Position numbers and translations under genes: made by a program. The notes beneath the pieces were generated by a model. It did not search any database and was not told the origin of the DNA. It saw only the letters and a program-made list of their open reading frames with translations. This document shows positions 8,442 through 15,900 of a stretch of DNA of 20,000 nt, one piece after another. Source of the DNA: an uncultured virus (IMG/VR IMGVR_UViG_3300009093_000038). Lineage: Duplodnaviria; Heunggongvirae; Uroviricota; Caudoviricetes. The stretch is from IMG/VR virus record IMGVR_UViG_3300009093_000038; one strand, written 5' to 3'. Numbering within the stretch: position 1 is the first letter of the stretch; each line of letters opens with the position of its first letter.

Positions 8442-9268
8442 TCACCTGAATGAGTGGTATTGACTGCGGTTAATCGTTTGGCTTCTTCGATGTAGCTTTC
8501 GTCGATGTCGAACCCGATCACCTGGGCGACACCGAGATTCTTTGCGCCGATGGCGGTGTTGCCGATCCCCATGAATGGATCAAGCACGGTGATGAACTCT
8601 GGTTCGAAAGTGCCGCCCACAGTGAGCCGGATGGCGTATTCTGCCAGTTTGGCAGGAAAAGTGGCAGGATGCGGTCGCTGAGCATTCCGGCTCTGGATCG
8701 TCTCGTAGGGGATGAACCAGACGTTGCCCCGGCAGCGCTTATCCTTGCCGCTCGTATGGCCCCACCGCTTCACGTTGCTCTTGTCCGCGTAAGGAACACC
8801 GAGAGCCAGGCGGTCGATGGGCGTGCTTCCTTCCAGCGTCAGATGGAACACGAACTCGTGGTAGTCGTTCAGAAAGCGATTGGAGTTAATGGGCTTGAAG
8901 TGGCCCTTCGAAAGGACTGACCCGTCGTCCTGGTCAAGACTGATGCTCTTAATCCAGTGAATTGTGTTTTGCAGGACGAACAGCTCGGCAGCCACCAGAA
9001 GCGCCTTGTGCGGCAGGAGCGGCATTCGCGGGCAACCTCCCAGGTTCAGGAACAGCGATCCGTTGGGCTTCAGCACCCGTTTGACTTCGGTCAGCCATTT
9101 CTTCGTGAAATCGAGATAAACTGCCTCTTTCTGATGATCGTTGTACTTGTGATATTTGATGCCCAGGTTGTAGGGTGGCGAGGTCACGCACACGTCCACC
9201 GAGGCCGGAGCGATGCGCTGCGCCATGCCCTGGATGCAGTCTTCAGCAAAGAGTAAAACTTCAGTCAT
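8438..9268 (-). CDS. Beta-class DNA methyltransferase (N4-cytosine/N6-adenine), M.MjaV-like
   Basis: TSPPYN near N-terminus, HPATFP and VLDPFMGIG near C-terminus; GHFKPINS and GVPYADKSN blocks recalled from M.MjaV. Confidence 0.92.
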   Translation of the reverse strand: MTEVLLFAEDCIQGMAQRIAPASVDVCVTSPPYNLGIKYHKYNDHQKEAVYLDFTKKWLTEVKRVLKPNGSLFLNLGGCPRMPLLPHKALLVAAELFVLQNTIHWIKSISLDQDDGSVLSKGHFKPINSNRFLNDYHEFVFHLTLEGSTPIDRLALGVPYADKSNVKRWGHTSGKDKRCRGNVWFIPYETIQSRNAQRPHPATFPAKLAEYAIRLTVGGTFEPEFITVLDPFMGIGNTAIGAKNLGVAQVIGFDIDESYIEEAKRLTAVNTTHSGE

Positions 9269-9276
9269 CGGGAATG

Positions 9277-9293
9277 AGAACAGATTTTGTTCT
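9277..9293. promoter_or_regulatory. Back-to-back GTTCT motifs (AGAACA-N5-TGTTCT) in a 32-bp divergent gap
   Basis: GTTCT-N8-ATG on - (9268) and GTTCT-N7-ATG on + (9301). Confidence 0.55.
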
Positions 9294-9300
9294 GAGCTTC

Positions 9301-9798
9301 ATGGACCTCAACGAAGAATTAGGCACCATCGAAGAAGACCCTTTGGAAGGGCCGACCAAGATCAAACACTATCCGTGCCTGATCCCTGATCCAGAGCATC
9401 CTGCGCTGGCCGTTGACTCGCGCACGATCCGTGTCTGGTGCGAGCTGGATGAAGATTTCTACGCCGTCCTGCTTTCACCGATCACGCATCTGGTCCATGA
9501 AGTCGCGGCGTCGCTTGATGGTTATGACATCGACGGCTTCCTCGACAGCTACAGTCACTACTATCACCCAGAGTGGCGCGCCACGCGGGCGATGCAGATG
9601 GGCCTGGCCTACCGTCAGCCGTTTTACGTTGAGCTATATGCGCGTCACTACGTGTCGCACACGCCGGATGGCACTGAATACGATTGTGACACCAGCTACG
9701 AAATCCTTCACGTCAAGGCCCTTCCTCCGAATGAGGTTGCGGCGCGCTGGCAAGAGTGGCTAAGCCGTGGTGGTGATTTTGGTTCTGTTGAGAAATGA
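9301..9798 (+). CDS. Hypothetical acidic protein (165 aa)
   Basis: ATG 9301 (MDLNEELG) avoids overlap with the divergent MTase. Confidence 0.75.
   Translation: MDLNEELGTIEEDPLEGPTKIKHYPCLIPDPEHPALAVDSRTIRVWCELDEDFYAVLLSPITHLVHEVAASLDGYDIDGFLDSYSHYYHPEWRATRAMQMGLAYRQPFYVELYARHYVSHTPDGTEYDCDTSYEILHVKALPPNEVAARWQEWLSRGGDFGSVEK
9782..9786 (+). promoter_or_regulatory. GTTCT-N8-ATG motif
   Basis: GTTCT gttgagaa ATG(9795). Confidence 0.4.
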
Positions 9799-10214
9799 GC
9801 ACTTTAGGCCCAGGCTTTTTTCCGTTTGGCCCCTGTATCAATGGTGAGTTTCCCTCCATTCCTGATGCGAACGATTCGTGGGCATTGGTGGAACTTTACC
9901 GATGGCAGTACGGCGTGCTGCCGGGCGACCGAAACGATAAGCCAGAAGGCCGACCATTGGACATTCCTGAAGCGATGGAGAAAATGGCAAAGGCACTGAC
10001 TGCGAAAGATGGTGAGGAGATGCCTACCCCGATGAATGTCGCGTCTGTGCTGATGTTTGCCGCAAAACTGGTCAAGCAGCAGAAGGAAACGTACGATCGC
10101 GCCATCGACGCCGCCATATTCGCTGCCAAGGATGCTCTGGCTGATCCGCCCACTCACCAGCAGGATCAGTTGTTAGATAGCATTCTTGAACGATTACAGG
10201 ACTTGAAAAAGTAA
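9795..10214 (+). CDS. Hypothetical protein (139 aa)
   Basis: ATGA overlap with upstream gene. Confidence 0.75.
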   Translation: MSTLGPGFFPFGPCINGEFPSIPDANDSWALVELYRWQYGVLPGDRNDKPEGRPLDIPEAMEKMAKALTAKDGEEMPTPMNVASVLMFAAKLVKQQKETYDRAIDAAIFAAKDALADPPTHQQDQLLDSILERLQDLKK

Positions 10215-10220
10215 AGCGCT

Positions 10221-10499
10221 ATGGCCTCAATGGGTGAATACATCACAGCGGCCAAGACGCCGGAAAAGAAAGCCCGGCTGAAGGCCCAGTGGTATCAGGC
10301 GGTTCACGATCACGTGATCACTTGCTGCTGCGGTCAGTTGCGCGCCCTGGAGCTGGCCTACCGCTGCCTCTATTGCGGTGAATGGTATTGTTACAACTGC
10401 GCCCAGGTGCATTTCGGCATGACCGTAGCCGACTGGCGCGCCCAAAAGAATGAAGACCACGATGACCACCGAGGAGGCAAAAAGGGACCTTGTAGTTGA
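10221..10499 (+). CDS. Cys-rich zinc-binding protein (92 aa)
   Basis: CCCG...CLYC...CYNC..HFG. Confidence 0.7.
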   Translation: MASMGEYITAAKTPEKKARLKAQWYQAVHDHVITCCCGQLRALELAYRCLYCGEWYCYNCAQVHFGMTVADWRAQKNEDHDDHRGGKKGPCS

Positions 10500-10680
10500 G
10501 CGGGAGATTCTGCGCCAGCTTGGGAAACTCAACCGATCCGATCCTGCCGTTTATACCCGCGTCACTTTCCAACTGGCTCGGATTCAGGAACTCGAACAGT
10601 TCGTCATCACGACGGCGATTGAGGAGGAGTCTCGCCATCGGACGGCGAAGCTACTTCGTCCTCTCCCAGGTCAACCGTGA
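10450..10680 (+). CDS. Hypothetical protein (start may be 10462)
   Basis: Helical small ORF ending the + cluster. Confidence 0.55.
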   Translation: MKTTMTTEEAKRDLVVEREILRQLGKLNRSDPAVYTRVTFQLARIQELEQFVITTAIEEESRHRTAKLLRPLPGQP

Positions 10681-10861
10681 CTGCTGACCCTGGCGGTATC
10701 GCACCGTTCGCGTAATCCTGAATGTGGCGGCGTGCCATGTCCTGCACGATGTCCTGGCAAAAGCGGGCATTACCATTCTTGTCGATGCCGCACTCACAAA
10801 TCTCACCAGGGCCGGTGATGATGTGGATGCCGCCGTCTTTTACGATGACTGTCGGACTCAT
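10607..10861 (-). CDS. Hypothetical protein (84 aa)
   Basis: Last ORF of - cluster; 3' end overlaps convergent gene. Confidence 0.55.
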   Translation of the reverse strand: MSPTVIVKDGGIHIITGPGEICECGIDKNGNARFCQDIVQDMARRHIQDYANGAIPPGSAVTVDLGEDEVASPSDGETPPQSPS

Positions 10862-10864
10862 GTT

Positions 10865-11146
10865 TTAACTACTTGCTCCAGGGCGCAGTTCTCTGCCGTC
10901 CCAGTTTTCCAGCTTCAGCCAGACGTGCCAGCCGCACCCGATCTTAGCGTCTGCCGGGCTGGCGTCCAGAAAGGACTCAGTCACCAAGCCATCCGGGTGA
11001 ATGTAGTGGTTCGAGATGTCGCAGTACCTGCCGCAGACGCAGCGGATCAATGGTCGGAGCGGGCGCTGATCCTTGGAGTCAACGATGGGCATCCAGCACG
11101 GGATTTGATCCTTTTCGGAGTCGTACTTTGGAATGACGGTCAGCAT
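10865..11146 (-). CDS. Small Cys/His protein (93 aa)
   Basis: RCVCG...H.I...G.VTES...CGWHVWLKL. Confidence 0.7.
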   Translation of the reverse strand: MLTVIPKYDSEKDQIPCWMPIVDSKDQRPLRPLIRCVCGRYCDISNHYIHPDGLVTESFLDASPADAKIGCGWHVWLKLENWDGRELRPGASS

Positions 11147-11418
11147 TGAATGATTTCTCCGTTGAGGATTCTAAAGTGGTAGGGGCACCGATCCGGTACC
11201 GGCGTTTTATCGTTCCAGCAGTGAAGGACGCTCGGCTCCATCGTGAGCGTGTTGAAGTCCTCGGAAGTGATCTTCCACCGACCGGGAGGAGCCTGTCCGT
11301 AAGTGACGGTGACTGGCGCGCCGACGTGGTGCTTTCCGCAGGTCGGGCAGCGCAGGATCAGCATCATGCCTTTTTCGTCATGATGGACAAAGCCAGGATC
11401 GAGATCAACAAGGCGCAT
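11140..11418 (-). CDS. DUF6527-like small Cys/His protein (92 aa)
   Basis: RCPTC...W...LTMEPSV...CPYHFRILNGEI. Confidence 0.7.
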   Translation of the reverse strand: MRLVDLDPGFVHHDEKGMMLILRCPTCGKHHVGAPVTVTYGQAPPGRWKITSEDFNTLTMEPSVLHCWNDKTPVPDRCPYHFRILNGEIIQC

Positions 11419-11708
11419 TATTCCAGTCCGACAGTGAACTCGACGCTGTAGTTGCGGCGTTCAATGTCCTGTTCTGTGTGCGGTTTCAACTCACCGTCCT
11501 TTTTCTCGATGGTCACACGGGCCGCGCCATCGCCATCCACGAAAATTCCAGCCTGGCCACTGTGGCCGGAGCGCGTGCTGTTGATCCAGGAGAACAGTTC
11601 CTCGATTTTGTCCAGGTGCTCGGGCCGGGCACTAATGGTGTACGTGCGCGTTTCCTTCTGGGATTTGTCCTCTCCGATGATCGCTTCAATGATTGGGCTT
11701 GCACTCAT
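11418..11708 (-). CDS. Hypothetical phage protein (96 aa)
   Basis: GHS...VDGDG motif; N-terminus ASPIIEAIIGED resembles leader of upstream gene. Confidence 0.75.
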   Translation of the reverse strand: MSASPIIEAIIGEDKSQKETRTYTISARPEHLDKIEELFSWINSTRSGHSGQAGIFVDGDGAARVTIEKKDGELKPHTEQDIERRNYSVEFTVGLE

Positions 11709-11716
11709 TTGTTTGG

Positions 11717-13108
11717 TCAGTGGTAAATCTTTCCGTCATCACCCAGGTAAAGGTGGAATTCGCCGAAAGCTTTTGAGGAGCGCGTCAGCCGGTCGGCCTG
11801 CGGTTTGGGCCAGTCACCGTCCCAGAATCCAGCGCCATGGCCGTTGCGTGTGAGCCAGAAGTCGTGACCGCCCTGCTCTGTACCGCCAACCGATAAATCT
11901 TCTGCGTTCTGCGCTTCGAAATTCTGGCAGTCTTCCTCCATCTCAAGCACGGTGCCTTCATCAAGCTCTGGTTCCTCCACGTCCAGGGCTTTGCCTTCGG
12001 CGTGCAGCTTCTCCAGGTCTTCCTTCAACTGCTCCTCATCGGTGAAATACGCCGCCTCGATGTAAGCGTTGAGAAATTTGGATCGTTCAGGCGGGCGGGT
12101 TATTTCTTTCCAATCGTCTTCGTCCTCGCGGATTCCTTTTCCGCGTGCTGCCGCGTGGAACCGATTCCAGGTGGAGAAATGATTCTTCGGCCAATTTCCT
12201 TTGGCCTCCAACCAGCGCGCCATCTCAACTTCGCTGCCTTTGAACTCGTCCAGAGTCATGGTGTCGAAGTACACTTTAGCCGCCCAAAGGTTATCACTTT
12301 CTTTGGTGACGTAGGTCTTCATCCAATCGTTAATCTGATACGTCCACGTGAATTGACCGTGCTGCGTAAATCCAGCGTTGGAAAGAAGTCCCTGTAAATC
12401 AGGCGTGATGTCTTTCCAGTCGTCGTCATCGGCAAAAGCTTCCTCTACCCAGTTGATTTTGTATTTGGCGTAGATGGACTTTAGGCGAGAAATGACTTCA
12501 TCGGTTTTGAGTCCTATTTCTTTGATCTGCTGACCTTGCCGATTGGTGAGCCAACCGAGGATGTCCCAGGTGTCATCGTAGCGGTGCCAGATCACGAGAG
12601 AGCTGATTCCGGGTAATCCGTTTCTCATCCAGATCGCTTCGGTTTCCCGGCGAAAACGTAACTTCTCCAGGCGATCTTCCAGCGGCAGCGCGGTGACATC
12701 CTTCCAGTCTTCGTCCGCTAAAGCTTCCTGCACCGGCCAGTCTTTGATGTCCACGGCACGCACTTTGCGCTTCGAGAGGAAAGCCGCCATGGCCCGGTGA
12801 TGGCCATCCAGGATATTGGGACCGTCGATGAGAATCGGGCCTTCTGGATTCTTACGGTAGGCTTTGACGAGCGACTTGTGGACCGGCATCTCCGCCACGT
12901 GGGTCAACTCTCTGAGTGGGTTACCGTTGGCAAGAAGCTTATCTGGATCGACTTCTTTGATCGGCAGCGGCACGTCCAGCTCGTGGTGGCCGAACATGTC
13001 CCAGACCCACTGTTCTGGACTGTGATCAGCAAATAAATCACCCAAGGTGATGGTCTGTCCTTGCTCAGTTTCAAGGACATACTTGATAATTTGCTGCGCG
13101 CTCGTCAC
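11717..13108 (-). CDS. Modular 463-aa protein: ParB/Srx-like N-terminal domain, two unknown modules, C-terminal GHDFWLTRNGHGAGFWD domain
   Basis: PILIDGPNILDGHHRAMAA (ParB-N signature); three repeated acidic-WK(D/E)(I/V)T linkers. Confidence 0.85.
   Translation of the reverse strand: MTSAQQIIKYVLETEQGQTITLGDLFADHSPEQWVWDMFGHHELDVPLPIKEVDPDKLLANGNPLRELTHVAEMPVHKSLVKAYRKNPEGPILIDGPNILDGHHRAMAAFLSKRKVRAVDIKDWPVQEALADEDWKDVTALPLEDRLEKLRFRRETEAIWMRNGLPGISSLVIWHRYDDTWDILGWLTNRQGQQIKEIGLKTDEVISRLKSIYAKYKINWVEEAFADDDDWKDITPDLQGLLSNAGFTQHGQFTWTYQINDWMKTYVTKESDNLWAAKVYFDTMTLDEFKGSEVEMARWLEAKGNWPKNHFSTWNRFHAAARGKGIREDEDDWKEITRPPERSKFLNAYIEAAYFTDEEQLKEDLEKLHAEGKALDVEEPELDEGTVLEMEEDCQNFEAQNAEDLSVGGTEQGGHDFWLTRNGHGAGFWDGDWPKPQADRLTRSSKAFGEFHLYLGDDGKIYH
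12098..12733 (-). repeat. Three dispersed peptide-level repeats (VQEALADEDWKDVT, VEEAFADDDDWKDIT, IREDEDDWKEIT)
   Basis: At 12692-12733, 12404-12448 and 12098-12133, about 100 codons apart. Confidence 0.85.
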
Positions 13109-13119
13109 GCCCTAACTAC
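13109..13119 (-). promoter_or_regulatory. Putative late-type promoter motif GTAGTTA-GGGC before GTG
   Basis: Same spacing as 364-374 and 5093-5103. Confidence 0.55.
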
Positions 13120-13261
13120 TGTGCTGAAGGAAGACCTGTTTTACACACCAAACCTTGCGTTTGGCGATGTCTTCCGGGTAACCCGCCTTTCGGAGGGATA
13201 GGTAGAAAAACTTCAATTCCCGCTCCTGTTCCGGCGTTAGTTGACGTGCTTTCCGCTTCAT
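13112..13261 (-). CDS. Small basic protein (49 aa, not in ORF track)
   Basis: MKRKARQLTPEQERELKFFYLSLRKAGYPEDIAKRKVWCVKQVFLQHSS; fills the gap and is preceded by a hairpin and GTATTTA. Confidence 0.6.
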   Translation of the reverse strand: MKRKARQLTPEQERELKFFYLSLRKAGYPEDIAKRKVWCVKQVFLQHSS

Positions 13262-13293
13262 CAGCAGTCGGCTGCCCGACTACTAATAAATAC
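13262..13293 (-). promoter_or_regulatory. GTATTTA motif followed by a 10-bp stem-loop abutting ATG
   Basis: GTATTTA T TAGTAGTCGG-GCAG-CCGACTGCTG ATG (two G-U pairs). Confidence 0.5.
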
Positions 13294-13308
13294 GATTCCC
13301 GCAAAAGT

Positions 13309-13920
13309 TTACGCGTTACAGTAAAATCCCCAAGGAGCCGAGGAGTGTTCTATGTTTGGCTCCCAACGATTTTTCAAGGTGACGCATTCCCACTGCGCAG
13401 CCGGTTTTCCAGCGCTATCGGTGAGCCAGCGCACGGACTGGATGCGAATAATCCGATCAGCACGCATGAAGATCGTCGGGCTGCCGCCGTAAAGGTGAGC
13501 CAACATGACGTTCTTGATGTCCTTGGTCTCCTGGTAAATGGCCACGACACTGGCACCAACTTTGAGCAGGCTTGCGCAATCGGCTGCGGGGTTGGTTAAG
13601 GTTTCGCAGTGGTCGATAATCATGGTCTGGTGAGGGCGAGAGCGCGCTGACCAGTCACCGTGTTCGCCTTCGAAATCAACAGAAATTGTCGTCTTGGCGT
13701 TGAAAAGCCTTTTGGCCAGCAGGGTTTTTCCGGTCTTGGGTTTTCCGATCAAGACGGTGAGTGTTGGCTTTACCTGCGGCTCGGTCCAGAACTGGTCCAG
13801 ACGAAAGTCTTCGGCGACAGCGACGACTGGCTTTGGTTCACTCAGCGCCTTGACGATGAGTGGGGCAGCGAACGGAGTCCAAGCCAGCAGCTTAAGAAGG
13901 GATCGGCGGTTGATTTTCAT
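13309..13920 (-). CDS. P-loop NTPase (RecA/DnaB-like, compact) with twin-arginine-like N-terminus (203 aa)
   Basis: ATGA overlap with fcl stop; [12 protein letters not shown]; Walker A GKPKTGKT; MIIDH; ADRIIRI...LKNR. Confidence 0.7.
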   Translation of the reverse strand: MKINRRSLLKLLAWTPFAAPLIVKALSEPKPVVAVAEDFRLDQFWTEPQVKPTLTVLIGKPKTGKTLLAKRLFNAKTTISVDFEGEHGDWSARSRPHQTMIIDHCETLTNPAADCASLLKVGASVVAIYQETKDIKNVMLAHLYGGSPTIFMRADRIIRIQSVRWLTDSAGKPAAQWECVTLKNRWEPNIEHSSAPWGFYCNA

Positions 13921-14855
13921 TTGGTGGTTGCGTGGTTTTTCAGGAAGTCGGCATAGGCAATCTTCAGGCCCGCTTCCAGGGTTACGGACGGCTTCCATCC
14001 TAGCGCCATGACCTTGGAGCTGTCCACAAATTTGATCGGGGTGCCGACGACGCCCTTCGGGTCGAACACCAGTTGGTCGCGCCCGAGGCCCACGGTGTCA
14101 GCTACCAGCTCCGCCAGTTCTCGGATCGAAATGTCCGTGCCGTAGCCGATATTGATCGGGGCTTCGTCGTTGTAATTTTCCATCACCGTGACGCAGGCGG
14201 CAGCCAGGTCGTCGGAGTACAGGAACTCCCGGCGCGCCGTGCCGTCGCCCCAGACGTGGACGTGCTCCTGGCCGCTGACCTTTGCCTGGTAGAACTTGCG
14301 GATCAGGTCCGGGATGACGTGGCAGCCGGGCTTGTAGGTGTCATTGATACCGTACAGGTTCGTCGGCATGACGCTGATGAAGTTGTCACCAGACTGTTTA
14401 CGGTACGCCTGGCACAGTTTCAGGCCGGTGATCTTGGCCAAGGCGTAAAATTCATTGCTCGGTTCCAGCGGTCCGGTCATCAGGTATTCTTCCTTGATCG
14501 GCTGCGGACAGAGCTTCGGGTAGATGCACGAGCTGCCGAAGAACATGAGCTTTTTAACGCCCGTGACGTGCGCTGTTTCGATGACGTTGAGCTGGATTTC
14601 CAGATTGGTGACCAGCATCGACACCGGTTGCTTCATGTTGCCTTCGATCCCGGCGACTTTAGCTGCCGCCAGGAAGACGTATTCCGGTTCATGCTTCAGA
14701 AAGAATTTCACCGTCTGACCGATGTCGGTCAAATCGAGTTCGCTCCGGGGTGCGGAGAGAAGATTAGTGAAACCTTGGGCAGTGAGCTGGCGCATCAACG
14801 CAGAGCCGACGAGGCCCTTGTGACCGCACACGAGGATTTTGGAGTTCTTGTTCAT
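13917..14855 (-). CDS. fcl: GDP-L-fucose synthase
   Basis: [49 protein letters not shown]. Confidence 0.95.
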   Translation of the reverse strand: MNKNSKILVCGHKGLVGSALMRQLTAQGFTNLLSAPRSELDLTDIGQTVKFFLKHEPEYVFLAAAKVAGIEGNMKQPVSMLVTNLEIQLNVIETAHVTGVKKLMFFGSSCIYPKLCPQPIKEEYLMTGPLEPSNEFYALAKITGLKLCQAYRKQSGDNFISVMPTNLYGINDTYKPGCHVIPDLIRKFYQAKVSGQEHVHVWGDGTARREFLYSDDLAAACVTVMENYNDEAPINIGYGTDISIRELAELVADTVGLGRDQLVFDPKGVVGTPIKFVDSSKVMALGWKPSVTLEAGLKIAYADFLKNHATTK

Positions 14856-15865
14856 TTTGGGTTTTTGCGTACGTCTTCGATGTCGGCCTGCACCATTTTG
14901 CAGACCAGGGATTTGAAATCGACTTCGGGCTTCCAGCCCAATTCCTGTGCTGCTTTCCGGGCGTCACCGCACAGGTAGGGGACCTCGGACGGACGCATGT
15001 ATTTCTCGTCCGTCTCAATAAACATGTGATGATCCAGTCCGGCAAACTTAAACGCGTTGAAGGCGAAGTTCTTCACGCTGTGGGCCTCCCCGGTCGCGAT
15101 GACGTAATCGTTCGGTTTGTCCATTTGCAGCATCATCCACATGGCGCGCACGTAGTCCTCGGCGTCGCCCCAGTCGCGCTTCGCATCCAGGTTCCCGAGC
15201 GCCACTTTCTCTTGCAGTCCGGCTTTGATCCTGGCCACGGCACGGGTGATCTTGCGCGTGACGAAGGTTTCTCCCCGGCGCGGGCTTTCGTGGTTGAACA
15301 GGATGCCGCAGCTAATATGCAGTCCATGTGCCTCTCGGGCATTGACGCACATGTTGTGCGCAAAAACTTTGGCTGCCGCGTAGGGTGAGCGCGGGTGGAA
15401 TCGGGTGGTTTCATTCTGAACCAGTTTCCCGTCAACAGTTGACATCGAGGTCCCGTACATTTCCGAGGAGGACGCCTGGTAGAAGCGCGCCTTCGGGCAG
15501 ACGAGGCGGAAGGACTCCAGCAGATTCAGCGTGCCGATCCCAGTCACCTGAGCCGTGTAAACGGGCTGCTCGAAGCTGACTTTTACGTGGGATTGTGCGG
15601 CCAGGTTGTAAATCTCGTCCGGCTGGACCTTCGCCAGAATGTGGTGCAGCGAAACGGAATCCATCATGTCGCCGTGGTGCAGGTGCAGCTTGTCGAAGAT
15701 GTGGTCGATCCGGCTGGTGTTGAAGGTCGAACTGCGCCGCATAATACCGTGGACCTCGTAACCCTTCCTCAATAAAAGCTCTGCCAGGTAGGAGCCGTCC
15801 TGGCCGGTAATGCCTGTGATCAAAGCCTTTTTGGTTGGTTGCTCGGATGTGGATTCGGTCGTCAT
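14852..15865 (-). CDS. gmd: GDP-mannose 4,6-dehydratase
   Basis: [68 protein letters not shown]. Confidence 0.98.
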   Translation of the reverse strand: MTTESTSEQPTKKALITGITGQDGSYLAELLLRKGYEVHGIMRRSSTFNTSRIDHIFDKLHLHHGDMMDSVSLHHILAKVQPDEIYNLAAQSHVKVSFEQPVYTAQVTGIGTLNLLESFRLVCPKARFYQASSSEMYGTSMSTVDGKLVQNETTRFHPRSPYAAAKVFAHNMCVNAREAHGLHISCGILFNHESPRRGETFVTRKITRAVARIKAGLQEKVALGNLDAKRDWGDAEDYVRAMWMMLQMDKPNDYVIATGEAHSVKNFAFNAFKFAGLDHHMFIETDEKYMRPSEVPYLCGDARKAAQELGWKPEVDFKSLVCKMVQADIEDVRKNPK

Positions 15866-15873
15866 GGTTCCAT

Positions 15874-15892
15874 AGAACCGAAATCGTAGTTA
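15874..15892. promoter_or_regulatory. Divergent 35-bp gap with GTTCT-N8-ATG (for gmd, -) and GTAGTTA-N8-ATG (+)
   Basis: AGAAC at 15874-15878; GTAGTTA at 15886-15892. Confidence 0.5.
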
Positions 15893-15900
15893 GATCGCGT

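Noticed and set aside
9278..9292. LexA/SOS box
   Set aside because: GAAC-N7-GTTC does not match the GAAC-N4-GTTC, GTTC-N7-GTTC or TGTTC-N4-GAACA boxes I know; better explained as two divergent GTTCT start-proximal motifs
12098..12733. CRISPR-like or DGR-type nucleotide repeats
   Set aside because: Repeats are conserved at peptide level with synonymous divergence and ~300-bp coding spacers; no RT or cas genes
13116..13304. 62-aa track ORF or a structured ncRNA/tRNA in this gap
   Set aside because: An alternative ATG-started 49-aa frame (13112..13261) fits better; no cloverleaf or T-loop consensus seen
14073..14978. 301-aa + strand ORF (and similar antisense ORFs such as 6334..6981, 3467..3979, 17083..17631)
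   Set aside because: Shadow frames antisense to well-supported genes in GC-rich sequence; no protein motifs
15866..15879. GGTTC-CATA-GAACC hairpin as terminator
   Set aside because: Only 5-bp stem, no U-tract, and lies in a divergent promoter gap
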